A DNA stretch of 64,000 nucleotides from an uncultured Bacillota bacterium (GCA_963823655.1 CAWGMK010000005.1:25439-89438), one strand, 5' to 3'; numbered from the stretch's first letter, positions 1 to 9,728 are shown. Program-made: numbers and translations. Notes: generated by a model not told the origin, from the letters alone.

Positions 1-38
1 TCAAGTACAGGGCTCCATATTTCCAAGGGGGCATTAAA

Positions 39-1559
39 GTGGATACAGCACCGATCCTTGAGGCCAGAAACATAAGCAAGGAATTTCCCGGCGTAAAGGC
101 GCTGGACAATGTATCGATTCAGATAAGGCGCGGCGAGGTGCACGTGCTCATCGGCGAGAACGGCGCGGGCAAGAGCACCCTATCCAAGATACTTATGGGA
201 GTCTATACGGCGGACCAGGGCGAGATACTGTTCGAGGGCAAGCCTATAAATGTAAGAAACCCTCATGATGCAAGATCCCACGGGATCTGTGGAGTCCATC
301 AGGAGTTCATGCTTGTGCCCTGGATGAACGTGGCGCAGAACATTTTCATCAACCGTGAACCCAAGAAATGGCCCGGCCTTCCCTTCATAGACCACAAGAA
401 GATGCACGAGGACAGCCGCAAGCTGCTGGCATCCTTCAACGTGGACATCAACACGAAGCAGCCGGTGAAATACCTGGATACGGCGCTGCAGCAGATGGTG
501 GAGATAGTAAAGGCCCTTTCCACCGACCCTAAGGTGCTGATCCTGGACGAGCCGACCGCAGTGCTGACCGAAAGGGAAGTCAACAACCTCTTCTCCCACA
601 TAGAAAGCCTGAGGAGCAGAGGGGTCTCCATCATCTACATCTCCCACAGGCTGCCGGAGATAAGGCGAATTGGCGACAGGGTCACAGTCCTGAGAGACGG
701 CAAATATGTTGCCACGGTTGATATTAAAGATACGACGGATGAGGAGCTCATCCGCATGATGGTAGGACGCGATGTGTCGCAGCTTTATCCTCGCAACAGG
801 CAGGTGCCGGGCAAGGAAGCCCTCAGGCTCGAGAACTTCTCGGTCAAGGGGGGCCCACAGTGCGTAAACCTTGAGCTGCATTACGGTGAGATAATCGGTT
901 TAGCAGGCCTTATCGGCTCCGGCAGGACCGAGCTTGTCAGGGGCATAATGGGAATAGACCAGAAGGAGGGCGGCAAGCTCTTCCTTGAGGGCAAAGAAGT
1001 GACCATCGGGAGCCCGGACAGAGCGATAAGCCTGGGGCTGGGGCTTCTGCCTGAAGACAGGAAGCGCTACGGCCTCGCACTGAAGACCAACATTGCTTGG
1101 AACACCGTTATGGCCAGCCTGAAGCACGAATTCCCGAAGAACATCGTCAGCGAGAAGAAGGTCAACAGCATTGCCCAGGAATATGTAAAGAAGCTCAAGA
1201 TCGCAACCGACTCCGTGGGCAAGATAGTAGGCTTCTTGAGCGGCGGCAACCAGCAGAAGGTCGTCGTGGCCAAGTGGATAAACACCAAGGCCAAGATACT
1301 CATATTCGACGAGCCGACCAGAGGCATAGACGTAGGAGCAAAGGCCGAAGTGCACGCTCTTATGGATAAGCTTGTGGCCGATGGCGCAGCGATTATCATG
1401 ATATCGTCCGACCTTCCCGAGGTGCTCGGAATGAGCGACCGCGTCTATACGATATTCCAGTGCAAGTCGGTCGGGGAGTGCTGCTTTGCAGATGCGAGCC
1501 AGCAGAGGATCGGGTCCCTGATGCTCGGAGTGGGGGTGAACACCGATGCGAAACAATAA
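39..1559 (+). CDS. Sugar (CUT2 family, RbsA/MglA-like) ABC transporter ATP-binding protein
   Basis: Walker A GENGAGKST, LILDEPT, second half LSGGNQQK...FDEPTRGIDVGAK; GGGGG RBS before GTG. The operon probably begins upstream of the window, since no binding protein is visible. Confidence 0.95.
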   Translation: MDTAPILEARNISKEFPGVKALDNVSIQIRRGEVHVLIGENGAGKSTLSKILMGVYTADQGEILFEGKPINVRNPHDARSHGICGVHQEFMLVPWMNVAQNIFINREPKKWPGLPFIDHKKMHEDSRKLLASFNVDINTKQPVKYLDTALQQMVEIVKALSTDPKVLILDEPTAVLTEREVNNLFSHIESLRSRGVSIIYISHRLPEIRRIGDRVTVLRDGKYVATVDIKDTTDEELIRMMVGRDVSQLYPRNRQVPGKEALRLENFSVKGGPQCVNLELHYGEIIGLAGLIGSGRTELVRGIMGIDQKEGGKLFLEGKEVTIGSPDRAISLGLGLLPEDRKRYGLALKTNIAWNTVMASLKHEFPKNIVSEKKVNSIAQEYVKKLKIATDSVGKIVGFLSGGNQQKVVVAKWINTKAKILIFDEPTRGIDVGAKAEVHALMDKLVADGAAIIMISSDLPEVLGMSDRVYTIFQCKSVGECCFADASQQRIGSLMLGVGVNTDAKQ

Positions 1560-2511
1560 GCTGGCATCGATACTCAGAAAGATACCGCCCGCGACCTACA
1601 TAATACTGCTGATGATTGCCATATACGGCTTCGCAGCCCCCGGCTTCTTCACCATCGGCAACCTGATTAACGTCGGCAACCAGGCGGCACCGCTTCTCAT
1701 CGTCTCCATCGGCGTGACCATGGTTATCATGACCGAGGGAACGGACCTTTCCATAGGTTACGTGATGGGAATGGTAAGCGTCGTGGTATCGCTAATGCTA
1801 AGGGCGGGCATATGGGTGGGCTGGGCCTTCATGGCGGGCTTAGCTACAGGGACTTTGTGCGGCTTCATCAACGGCTTTGCGGTGGCGAAGCTCAAATTGC
1901 CGCCGTTCATCGCAACACTTGGAACCGGCAACGTGATCTTCGGCATAGGGCTCGTCCTTACCGAAGGGTACTCCATACAGGCGCTCGACCCGGCCCTGCT
2001 ATTTTTAGCCAACGGTAAAGTACTGGGCTTCAGCATGCCGATACTGATGGCAATAGTGGTCTTCGCGGTCTGCTGGGTCATCTTCTATTACACGCCGTTC
2101 GGAAGGAACATCGTGTCCTTGGGCGGCAACTCCGAAGCCTTAAGAGGAGTCGGGCTAAACGTGGGCAAGGCCTCGATCTCCGTTTATATGGTCTGCGGCT
2201 TCCTTGCTGCAATCGGAGGCCTCATCATCGCATCCAGGACCGGCTCAGGCTACTCCGCAGCCGCGATGGGATGGGAGTTTGACGCCATCGGCGCTGCGAT
2301 AATCGGAGGCACATCCTTCGAAGAGGGCAACGGCTCGATAGGTAGGACGGTAATCGGCGTGGCCCTTATATCCATACTTAGAAACGGCCTTAACGTCGTA
2401 GGCGTGCCCAACATGTACCAGTACGCGTTGATAGGAGCGATCGTGCTAACGGCCATCATCCTCGATGTCCGCTTCCGTCAGGCTGCCAGAGGAGGTTTGA
2501 AGAGGGCATGA
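1546..2511 (+). CDS. Sugar ABC transporter permease (RbsC family)
   Basis: Hydrophobic; GTDLSIG, KLPPFIATLG, TPFGR...GGN.EA, AIIGGTSFEEG.G motifs; overlaps the previous gene. Confidence 0.93.
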   Translation: MRNNKLASILRKIPPATYIILLMIAIYGFAAPGFFTIGNLINVGNQAAPLLIVSIGVTMVIMTEGTDLSIGYVMGMVSVVVSLMLRAGIWVGWAFMAGLATGTLCGFINGFAVAKLKLPPFIATLGTGNVIFGIGLVLTEGYSIQALDPALLFLANGKVLGFSMPILMAIVVFAVCWVIFYYTPFGRNIVSLGGNSEALRGVGLNVGKASISVYMVCGFLAAIGGLIIASRTGSGYSAAAMGWEFDAIGAAIIGGTSFEEGNGSIGRTVIGVALISILRNGLNVVGVPNMYQYALIGAIVLTAIILDVRFRQAARGGLKRA

Positions 2512-3506
2512 AGGATAATGGAGTAAAGACACCCGAAGTCTCCAAGATCGGGACCGTGGTAAATGAGAGGCTCAAGGCGAGGGATACGATAGCCCCCCTG
2601 TTCCGCCTCACATTCCTCATTGTGCTCATGATAGCGCTGTCATTTTTAAGCGAGGACTTCCTTACCTGGAGCAATATAATCAACGTGCTCAGGCAGTCCA
2701 CATTCCTCATCGTAATCGGCCTGGGGCTTACTGGCGTGCTGCTTACGGGCGGAATTGACCTGTCAGTAGGCGGTGTGCTCGCATTCGTCGGCTGCGCCAC
2801 CGGACAGATGATGAGATCTGGCGTGCCGCTAGTGCTTGCTGTGATCATAGGCCTTGCGCTGGGCGCCGGCGTCGGCTTCTTCAACGGGTTGCTGGTAGGC
2901 TACGTCAAGCTGCCCCCGTTCGTTGCAACATACGGCTCGAAGTGGATCGCAGAGGGAATGGCATTGGCCCTTATGCAAGGGCAGGTCATCTACGGCTTCC
3001 CCAGAGTATACAGGTGGATTGGAATAGGCTACATCGGCCCGATACCTGTGCCGATCATCATCGCTGCCATACTGGCCGTAATAATGAACTTCCTTTATGT
3101 GAAGACGGTATTCGGACGGCAGGTATATGCCCTGGGGGCGAACAAGGAAGCTGCCTTCTACTCGGGCATTAAGGTGAAGAAGAACATCACCATAGTCTAT
3201 ACACTTGCAGGCCTTATGGCCGGCATAGCAGGCCTTCTCATGCTAGCGCGCCTTGACGCCGCCGAAGTCAACATGGGCGAGGCGCTGCAGCTGCAGTCGC
3301 TTGCCGCCGTAATCATCGGAGGCGCGTCGCTAAGAGGCGGCGAAGGCAGCATGTTCGGCACCATAATCGGCGCCATAACACTGACACTGGTCGTAAACGG
3401 CCTGAACCTGCTCGGCGTTAAATCCCTGTGGCACCCGGTCGTGCTGGGCGGTGTAATACTGATATCGGTAATCATCGACCTCAGGATGAAGAAGATGTCG
3501 CATTAG
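2508..3506 (+). CDS. Second sugar ABC transporter permease (RbsC family)
   Basis: GGIDLSVG, KLPPFVAT, TVFGRQVYALGANKEAA, AVIIGGASLRGGEG; ATGA overlap. Confidence 0.93.
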   Translation: MKDNGVKTPEVSKIGTVVNERLKARDTIAPLFRLTFLIVLMIALSFLSEDFLTWSNIINVLRQSTFLIVIGLGLTGVLLTGGIDLSVGGVLAFVGCATGQMMRSGVPLVLAVIIGLALGAGVGFFNGLLVGYVKLPPFVATYGSKWIAEGMALALMQGQVIYGFPRVYRWIGIGYIGPIPVPIIIAAILAVIMNFLYVKTVFGRQVYALGANKEAAFYSGIKVKKNITIVYTLAGLMAGIAGLLMLARLDAAEVNMGEALQLQSLAAVIIGGASLRGGEGSMFGTIIGAITLTLVVNGLNLLGVKSLWHPVVLGGVILISVIIDLRMKKMSH

Positions 3507-3551
3507 CAAAGTTTAGATAGTTTTATTACCAACAAACAAGGAGGAAAACCG

Positions 3552-4361
3552 ATGGCAAATCTCACAATCAGGCCCATAAACACGGGCTACGCGGAAACTT
3601 TCAAGAAGCAGTACCAGTATCATCATTCGACCCATAAGTTCCACAAGGTGGACGACGGCACATTGGTGCTGCCCTGCATGGCATTCCTAATCGAGGGCGG
3701 CGACAAGCTCATCCTGGTGGACACCGGAATGTCCAACACCGAAATCGCCAACAAGTACCATCATCCGGGCTCATACCAGCCTGAGGGAATGGCAATACAC
3801 GAGCAGTTCGCCAAGCTCGGCATCAAGCCCGAGGATGTGGACATCGTAATCTTCACCCATTTGCATTGGGACCACATGCACAACATGGGCAAGTTCAAGA
3901 ACGCCAGATTCATAGCCCACAAGAAGGAGTGGGAGTTCTGCCAGAATCCGATCCCGCTATATTACAAGTCCTATGAGTACCCCGTACTCGGCATCACGCC
4001 CCCTTACACCGGCCTTAAGATGGAGACGGTCGAAGGCGAGCAGGAGATAGCCCCCGGAGTGCGCGTGTTCGAGAGCCCCGGCCATTCTCCGGGCCATATG
4101 TCGGTCGAAGTCGACTGCGCGGACGGCTCATACATACTCTGCGGCGACGCAGTGTTCATTTACGACAACCTTAAGCCCGTGCCGGATATGTTCTATGACA
4201 TCACTCCTCCGGCGAGGTTCGCCAACATGATAGAGTGCTGGCACAGCATAGTCGACATGAAGAAGAGGGCCAAGGAACAGCGCTTCATCCTCCCCTCGCA
4301 CGAGCCCGAAATCGAGGAGCTCGCGAAGAAATACGGGACATTCCCCATACCCAAGAAGTAG
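3552..4361 (+). CDS. Metallo-beta-lactamase-fold hydrolase, AHL-lactonase-like (probable sugar lactonase)
   Basis: ILVDTG, THLHWDH, PGHSPGH, GDA, PSH metal-ligand motifs; strong GGAGG RBS. Confidence 0.85.
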   Translation: MANLTIRPINTGYAETFKKQYQYHHSTHKFHKVDDGTLVLPCMAFLIEGGDKLILVDTGMSNTEIANKYHHPGSYQPEGMAIHEQFAKLGIKPEDVDIVIFTHLHWDHMHNMGKFKNARFIAHKKEWEFCQNPIPLYYKSYEYPVLGITPPYTGLKMETVEGEQEIAPGVRVFESPGHSPGHMSVEVDCADGSYILCGDAVFIYDNLKPVPDMFYDITPPARFANMIECWHSIVDMKKRAKEQRFILPSHEPEIEELAKKYGTFPIPKK

Positions 4362-4386
4362 AACTACGCTTTTCTAGGGGGTGAGT

Positions 4387-4476
4387 GCCGGGGGTGTAGG
4401 GTCCGTAAGAGCTTGAGGCCGTTTGACCTCGCCCGGGCTAATGTTTGGGCGCTCGAAGGACAGTGCATCCTCCGGC
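4387..4476 (+). other. Branched (Y-shaped) structured intergenic element in front of the Tm-1-like gene
   Basis: Nested pairings: GCCGGGGGTGTA 4387-4398 with TGCATCCTCCGGC 4464-4476; GTCC/GGAC; GAGC/GCTC; hairpins GAGG..CCTC and GCCCGGGC-TAAT-GTTTGGGC; followed by CTTTTT. Confidence 0.5.
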
Positions 4477-4483
4477 CTTTTTC

Positions 4484-5707
4484 ATGAAGAAACCGATTGC
4501 AGTTATCGCTTCATTGGACACGAAGGGCATAGAGACCCTGTACGTAAAAGAGAAGATCGAGCGCCTTGGGCAAAGGGCGCTTGTCATAGATGTGGGAGTC
4601 AAGGAACCTGCCTTCTTCACGCCGGACATACGCAGAGATGAGGTGGCAAGCGCTGCGGGCATCATCTGGGACGATGTGAAGGGCAAGGAGAAGAAGGACA
4701 GGATAAACGCCATGATAGCGGGCCTTGAGAGGCTCATCCCGTCCCTATATGCAAAGGGCCTGATCTCGGGCGTCTTCTCCATGGGAGGGTTGCAGAACAC
4801 AACCATGGGGACTTCAGCAATGAAGACGCTGCCAATTGGCGTACCCAAGCTGATGCTTTCCACCATGGCGTCCAGTACCAGGCCCTTCGGCCCGTTCGTA
4901 GGGTCAAAGGATGTTACCATGATGCATTCGGTGGGGGACATCTTGGGCATCAACCCCGTCACCAGGGTGGTCATAGATAACGCCATAGGGGCGATCGTCG
5001 GAATGGTCGAGCACGCCGGCGAGCAGGTCAGAAAGCCGGAAGGGCACCTGGTCGGATGCACGATGCTCGGCGTGACCAACGACGGGGTGAGCAGGGCGGT
5101 ATCCTACCTCGAGCAGAAGGGCGTAGGAGTTGTGACATTCCACGCCAACGGGGCGGGCGGCCCGGCAATGGAAGAGCTCATAGAGCAGGGCATACTGACG
5201 GCCGCGATGGACCTTACGCTTCATGAGATAGACGCCGAGTTCTACGGCGGGCATTGTTCGGGGGCTACGGGAAGGCTACTTGCCGCGGCGAAAAAGGGAG
5301 TGCCCCAGGTTGTATCATTGGGCGCCTCCGACGTTATCGATTACGAAGTCATACACCTCTCCCAGGTGAAGGATTACCCTCGCCGCAAGTTCGTCTACCA
5401 GCACCCGACCATACAGCACATCAAGCTCATTGAAGAAGAGGCCATACATGTGGGCAAGACCATAAACGAGAGGCTCAACACCGCCACGGGCCCCGTTACT
5501 CTGATAATCCCGTGGGGAGGCTTCCATCAGAGCTCTCATAAGGCGGGACCCATATGGGATCCGGAGATAGACAAGCTCATAGTGGGCAATGTGCTCAACG
5601 GGCTCAATCCGGCGATCAAGATAGTCGAGACAGACGCGCATATAAATGACGTGAAGTTCAGCCGCCTTGCGGCGGATGAGATGCTAAAGCTCCTCGGAGT
5701 GGAATAA
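4484..5707 (+). CDS. Tm-1-like ATP-binding domain protein (UPF0261)
   Basis: SLDTKG.E N-terminus, LPIGVPKLMLST, SVGDILGIN, TMLGVT, FHANGAGGPAME, HIND..F; ATG 4484 matches the usual family N-terminus. Confidence 0.88.
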   Translation: MKKPIAVIASLDTKGIETLYVKEKIERLGQRALVIDVGVKEPAFFTPDIRRDEVASAAGIIWDDVKGKEKKDRINAMIAGLERLIPSLYAKGLISGVFSMGGLQNTTMGTSAMKTLPIGVPKLMLSTMASSTRPFGPFVGSKDVTMMHSVGDILGINPVTRVVIDNAIGAIVGMVEHAGEQVRKPEGHLVGCTMLGVTNDGVSRAVSYLEQKGVGVVTFHANGAGGPAMEELIEQGILTAAMDLTLHEIDAEFYGGHCSGATGRLLAAAKKGVPQVVSLGASDVIDYEVIHLSQVKDYPRRKFVYQHPTIQHIKLIEEEAIHVGKTINERLNTATGPVTLIIPWGGFHQSSHKAGPIWDPEIDKLIVGNVLNGLNPAIKIVETDAHINDVKFSRLAADEMLKLLGVE

Positions 5708-5750
5708 TCGGCCTGACAGGGCTTTTAATGTCGGAAGGGGTGGGTAAATT

Positions 5751-7005
5751 ATGTATTTCGGACTGCCGTTCGACCACGCGGAATCCCTTACAACTGGGGA
5801 CTACGTGCTCGGTACATACCTGGTGACAGGCGTCACCGGTGAGAATTCGCTAAACAAGCTGGGGATGTTCGCAATAGGACAGTCGACCGGCACCTGGATG
5901 CCCGTGCCCGGGATCACGAAGAAAATGGTGGAGGAGCATCAGGGCAGGGTGGTTGGCTGCTATCCCGTGCCTTCCGAGTCAAATGATTCATATATCCTGA
6001 GAGTCGCCTTTCCGTTCAGCAACATAGGCGGGTCGATTTCCATGATGCTCACGACGCTCGCCGGAAACGACGCATCTACCGCGCTTTGCGCAAGGCTAAT
6101 TGATGTGGAGCTCATAGGAAAGGCCGCGTCCGCCTTCGCCGGCCCGCGCTTCGGTGTGGACGGTATCAGGGAGCTCACAGGAGTGAAGGACCGCCCCGTA
6201 GTCATGAACATGATCAAGCCCTGCACGGGCTTTCCGGCCGAAGCAGGTGCCGAGTTCTTCTATGCGTCAGGCTCCGGCGGAGTCGATCTGATCAAGGACG
6301 ACGAGCTCATGGGCAATACGAGCTTCAGCAGCGTCGCGTCCAGGGTCAGGGAGTACGGCAAGGCGGCGGCCCGCATAAAGCAGGAGACCGGCAAAGCCCC
6401 CCTCTATATACCCAATGTGACCGACAGGCACGACAGGATGAGGGACAATATTAAAGCGGCAATCGACGGCGGGGCGAAAGGCGTAATGGTGAACTTCGTG
6501 TTCACAGGGTTGGACAGCCTTGCAGCGCTTACCGACGAGTTCGGCGGGAAAGTGATGTTCCTTGCGCACGGAGCAGGCATCGGCGTCATGACGGGCTCGC
6601 CCCAGGGGCTTAAGCGTCCCGCTGCTTCTAGGGCGCCTGGGAAGGCTTGCCGGCGCGGATGCAGTAGTCACGCTCTACCCTCTGGGACTGGGTGGAGAGG
6701 GCTTCCTCGACTTGCAGTTCACGGTGCAGAGGCATAAGCTCCCCATGTCGGGGCTGAAGCCGGTCATGAGCGTAGTAGGCGGCGGCGTAACGCCACTTAC
6801 CGTGCCTTTCGCCGTCAAGAACTTCGGAGCCGACATAATCATCGCGGTCGGCGGCGGCATACAGGGCCATCCCAACGGCGCGACGGCCGGGGCCAAGGCC
6901 ATGATGCAGGCAGTGGACGCCACGATGAAGGGCCAGTGCCTGGAGGATGCCGCGAAGGACCATGCGGAGCTTGCGGCCGCCCTGAAGCGCTGGGGCGCCA
7001 AGTAG
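5751..7005 (+). CDS. Form IV RuBisCO-like protein (RLP); one frameshift at ~6611
   Basis: QSTGTW, FAGPRFGVDGIR, MIKPCTG, GGVDLIKDDE, PNVT, LAH; removing one base at ~6611 restores GRLGRLAGAD...VVGGG...GGGIQGHPNGATAGAKA. Confidence 0.9.
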
Positions 7006-7055
7006 GGCGCGGTAGCTATTAATTCATGTTGATTAACTCGACTGGAGGGTTTGAT

Positions 7056-7670
7056 ATGGAAGACAAGATTCTAAACCTCAAAAAGCAAGTGGAGCTCGCC
7101 TGCAGGAGGGCTTACACGAGAGGGATACAGACCGGAAGCGGCGGAAACGTCAGCGCCAGGATCCCCGGCACCGACCACATGATAGTAAAGCCCAGCAAGG
7201 TTTCCCTGATCGAATGCGATCCGGAGACCCTGATTATAACGGACTTCGACGGCAACGTAGTGGAGGGGAAGCTGCCCCCCACTCGCGAGGCCGTCCTTCA
7301 CGGCTGGCTCTATAAGAAGTACGAGAAGATCGGCGCCGTTGTCCACGTGCATGCGCCCTGGGCCATAGCCTGGTCCTTTACCAAGAAGGACCTTCCCTGC
7401 ATCACGATGCATACGCAGCTGAAGCTCGGCTGCCCAACACCCGTCAGGTTCTTCTCCAGCCCCAAGGGCGTGCTGAAGGAGGAGATGCCGGAAGTGTACG
7501 GCCTTTTCGAGGCTGAGCCTGAGCTTTCGGCCTTCATACTCGGCGCGCACGGCATAGTGGCGGTGGGCAAGGACATCATCGAGGCGGAGCATACAGCAGA
7601 GCTAATCGAGGAGACGGCGCAGATCGCATACCTCAACGAGATAGGAAAGAAGCTGAACATAGTACCATAG
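7056..7670 (+). CDS. Class II aldolase/adducin family protein (FucA/AraD/OtnC-like)
   Basis: GGNVSAR, PTRE..LH, VVHVH, AHG, IEETA; GGAGG RBS favours ATG 7056. Confidence 0.88.
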   Translation: MEDKILNLKKQVELACRRAYTRGIQTGSGGNVSARIPGTDHMIVKPSKVSLIECDPETLIITDFDGNVVEGKLPPTREAVLHGWLYKKYEKIGAVVHVHAPWAIAWSFTKKDLPCITMHTQLKLGCPTPVRFFSSPKGVLKEEMPEVYGLFEAEPELSAFILGAHGIVAVGKDIIEAEHTAELIEETAQIAYLNEIGKKLNIVP

Positions 7671-7721
7671 GCTCCCTGGCAGGGGGGCAAGCCTTAATAT
7701 TGTTGGATAAGGGGTGTTAGC

Positions 7722-8183
7722 ATGCATAGGAAGATGGTCGTAGGGTGCGACGAAGCGGCCTGCGATTTGAAGGATTACCTGATAGGGGTACTTAAGAAGG
7801 AAGGCGTCGAAGTAGAGGACGTCGGAGTGGCCGATGCAAGCGACAAGACCGTATATCCGCTCGTCGCCGAGCGCGTGGCCAAAGCAATAATCGACAGCGG
7901 CTACGAGAAGCACGGCATGCTCATATGCGGCACAGGCATCGGCATGGCGATTTCCGCCAACAAGTTTCCCGGCATCTATGCTGCGGTTTGCCACGACCAG
8001 TTCTCGACCGAGAGGGCGAAGCTGAGCAACAACGGCAATGTGATTTGCATGGGCTCAAGGGTAATAGGCCCTGAGCTTGCCAGAGTGAACCTTCTGCAGT
8101 GGATCGGCCTTACTTTCAAGGACGGCTCATCGACGCCGAAGGTGAATGCTATCAAGGAAATCGAAAGAAGGAATATGAAATAA
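7722..8183 (+). CDS. RpiB/LacAB family sugar-phosphate isomerase (DerI-like, D-erythrulose-4-phosphate isomerase candidate)
   Basis: ICGTGIGMAISANK, NNGNVICMGSRVIG; GCDEA instead of the DH usual in RpiB; adjacent to a LerI-like TIM. Confidence 0.85.
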   Translation: MHRKMVVGCDEAACDLKDYLIGVLKKEGVEVEDVGVADASDKTVYPLVAERVAKAIIDSGYEKHGMLICGTGIGMAISANKFPGIYAAVCHDQFSTERAKLSNNGNVICMGSRVIGPELARVNLLQWIGLTFKDGSSTPKVNAIKEIERRNMK

Positions 8184-8184
8184 G

Positions 8185-8967
8185 ATGGGCCCTCTTATAA
8201 TTGGGACCAACCTCAAGATGTACAAGGGCGTGCAGGATACGCTCGCCTTTTTGAGAAAGCTCAGGGACAACGTCAGCGACATAGGGCCAAATGAGATGAC
8301 GCTGTTCGTTATCCCCTCATACCTCGCCCTTCCCGCCGCATGCTCGGAATTCTCGGGTGGCAGGCCTCTCATCGGCGCACAGAACATGCACTACGAGGAC
8401 AGCGGCCAGTTCACTGGGGAAGTATCGCCCGTCATGCTCAAGGAAGTGGGCGTTTCGATTGCGGAACTGGGACACTCAGAGAGAAGGCAGCTGTTCGGGG
8501 AGACCGACGACGGGGTGAACAGGAAGGCGAAGGCCGCGCTCAAACATGGTATGAGGGCGCTTATATGCATAGGCGAGACTGCAGACGACAAGGAGAAGGG
8601 CATCACTTACGAGAAGCTGAGGCTGCAGGCGAAGGTCGCGTTCAGGGGCATATCCGAGGACCAGCTCGACAGGGTATGGGTGGCCTACGAGCCCGTATGG
8701 GCGATAGGCGTCCAGGGAGTGCCCGCCGAGCCCTCATATGCGAGCATGAGCCACAGGATCATCCACGAGGTGATCGAAGAGCTCTATCCCGGGAAGGGAG
8801 CAAGCGTCCCGGTGCTCTACGGCGGAAGCGTAAACCCCGGCAATGCGAAGGAATTGATAGTGCAGCCATTCATAGACGGGCTTTTCATCGGCCGCTCGGC
8901 ATGGGAGGCGGATGCCTTCAACGCTATCATCCGCGATGTCCTGCCTTTGTGGAAGGGTAAGGCCTAA
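8185..8967 (+). CDS. Triosephosphate-isomerase family protein, LerI/EryH-like (L-erythrulose-1-phosphate isomerase candidate)
   Basis: GTNLKMYK instead of GNWKM, GHSERR, AYEPVWAIG, VLYGGSV, GLFIGRSAW instead of LVGGASL. Confidence 0.8.
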   Translation: MGPLIIGTNLKMYKGVQDTLAFLRKLRDNVSDIGPNEMTLFVIPSYLALPAACSEFSGGRPLIGAQNMHYEDSGQFTGEVSPVMLKEVGVSIAELGHSERRQLFGETDDGVNRKAKAALKHGMRALICIGETADDKEKGITYEKLRLQAKVAFRGISEDQLDRVWVAYEPVWAIGVQGVPAEPSYASMSHRIIHEVIEELYPGKGASVPVLYGGSVNPGNAKELIVQPFIDGLFIGRSAWEADAFNAIIRDVLPLWKGKA

Positions 8968-9046
8968 GCGATATTTTGTGGCGGAAGGAATAGAAAGCAT
9001 AATCCTCGGCATTGACGCCGCAGCGATATAAGGAGGCCAGTCCGTT

Positions 9047-9709
9047 ATGTCCAACGACATCTTAAAGACCAAAAAAGAGCTCATAGAGATCGGTAGGCAG
9101 ATCGCCGCAAAAGGGCTCGTAATAGGCCCCGGCGGCAACATAAGCGCAAGGACCGGCGGGAGCATGGTGATATCAGCCAGCGGCTCGTCGTTCGAGACTT
9201 CGACTGAGGATGATTACGTCGCGGTGGACATAGCTACCGGCAAGGCGGAGGAGGGCGCGAAAAGGCCATCGTCCGAAGTGCTGATGCACCTTGAATGCTA
9301 TCGCAGGCGCCCTGAGATCAACGCCGTGGTGCACACGCACCCGACATGGTCCACATCCGTTGCCAGCGCTGGCATAAAGATGCCCCCGATGTTCCCCGAT
9401 TACGTCGTGTTCGTGGGGGATCCTGCGACGCTCGATTACGTGATACCCACAACGAAGCTGCTGGCAGACGCTGTGGGCGGAGTCATCGCCGACCACAACG
9501 TCGTGCTCATGAGCAACCACGGAGTGCTCACTGTTGCGGGCGATCTGAACATGGCGCTTTTAAGGGTGGAGCTGGCGGAGGAGAATGCCAGGATGCTGAT
9601 AGCCGCCAAAACGCTCGGCATACCCAGGGTGCTTTCCGAGGCCGAGGTCAAAGCCATACACGACTTGGAGTCCGAGAAATACAGGCAGAAGCTTCTAAAG
9701 CAGGGATAA
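9047..9709 (+). CDS. Class II aldolase/adducin family protein
   Basis: GGNISAR, PSSE..MH, VVHTH, NHG, AEENA. Confidence 0.88.
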   Translation: MSNDILKTKKELIEIGRQIAAKGLVIGPGGNISARTGGSMVISASGSSFETSTEDDYVAVDIATGKAEEGAKRPSSEVLMHLECYRRRPEINAVVHTHPTWSTSVASAGIKMPPMFPDYVVFVGDPATLDYVIPTTKLLADAVGGVIADHNVVLMSNHGVLTVAGDLNMALLRVELAEENARMLIAAKTLGIPRVLSEAEVKAIHDLESEKYRQKLLKQG

Positions 9710-9728
9710 AAACGGGCCGGCAGTAAGC

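Noticed and set aside
5751-7005. True RuBisCO / CO2 fixation or methionine-salvage MtnW
   Set aside because: K177, R295 and K334 equivalents are missing, there are no cbbS, prk or mtn genes nearby, and the context is sugar catabolism.
8185-8967. Housekeeping tpiA
   Set aside because: GTNLKM and FIGRSAW signatures plus the RpiB-like neighbour fit the tetrulose-phosphate isomerase subfamily; no gap, pgk or eno is adjacent.
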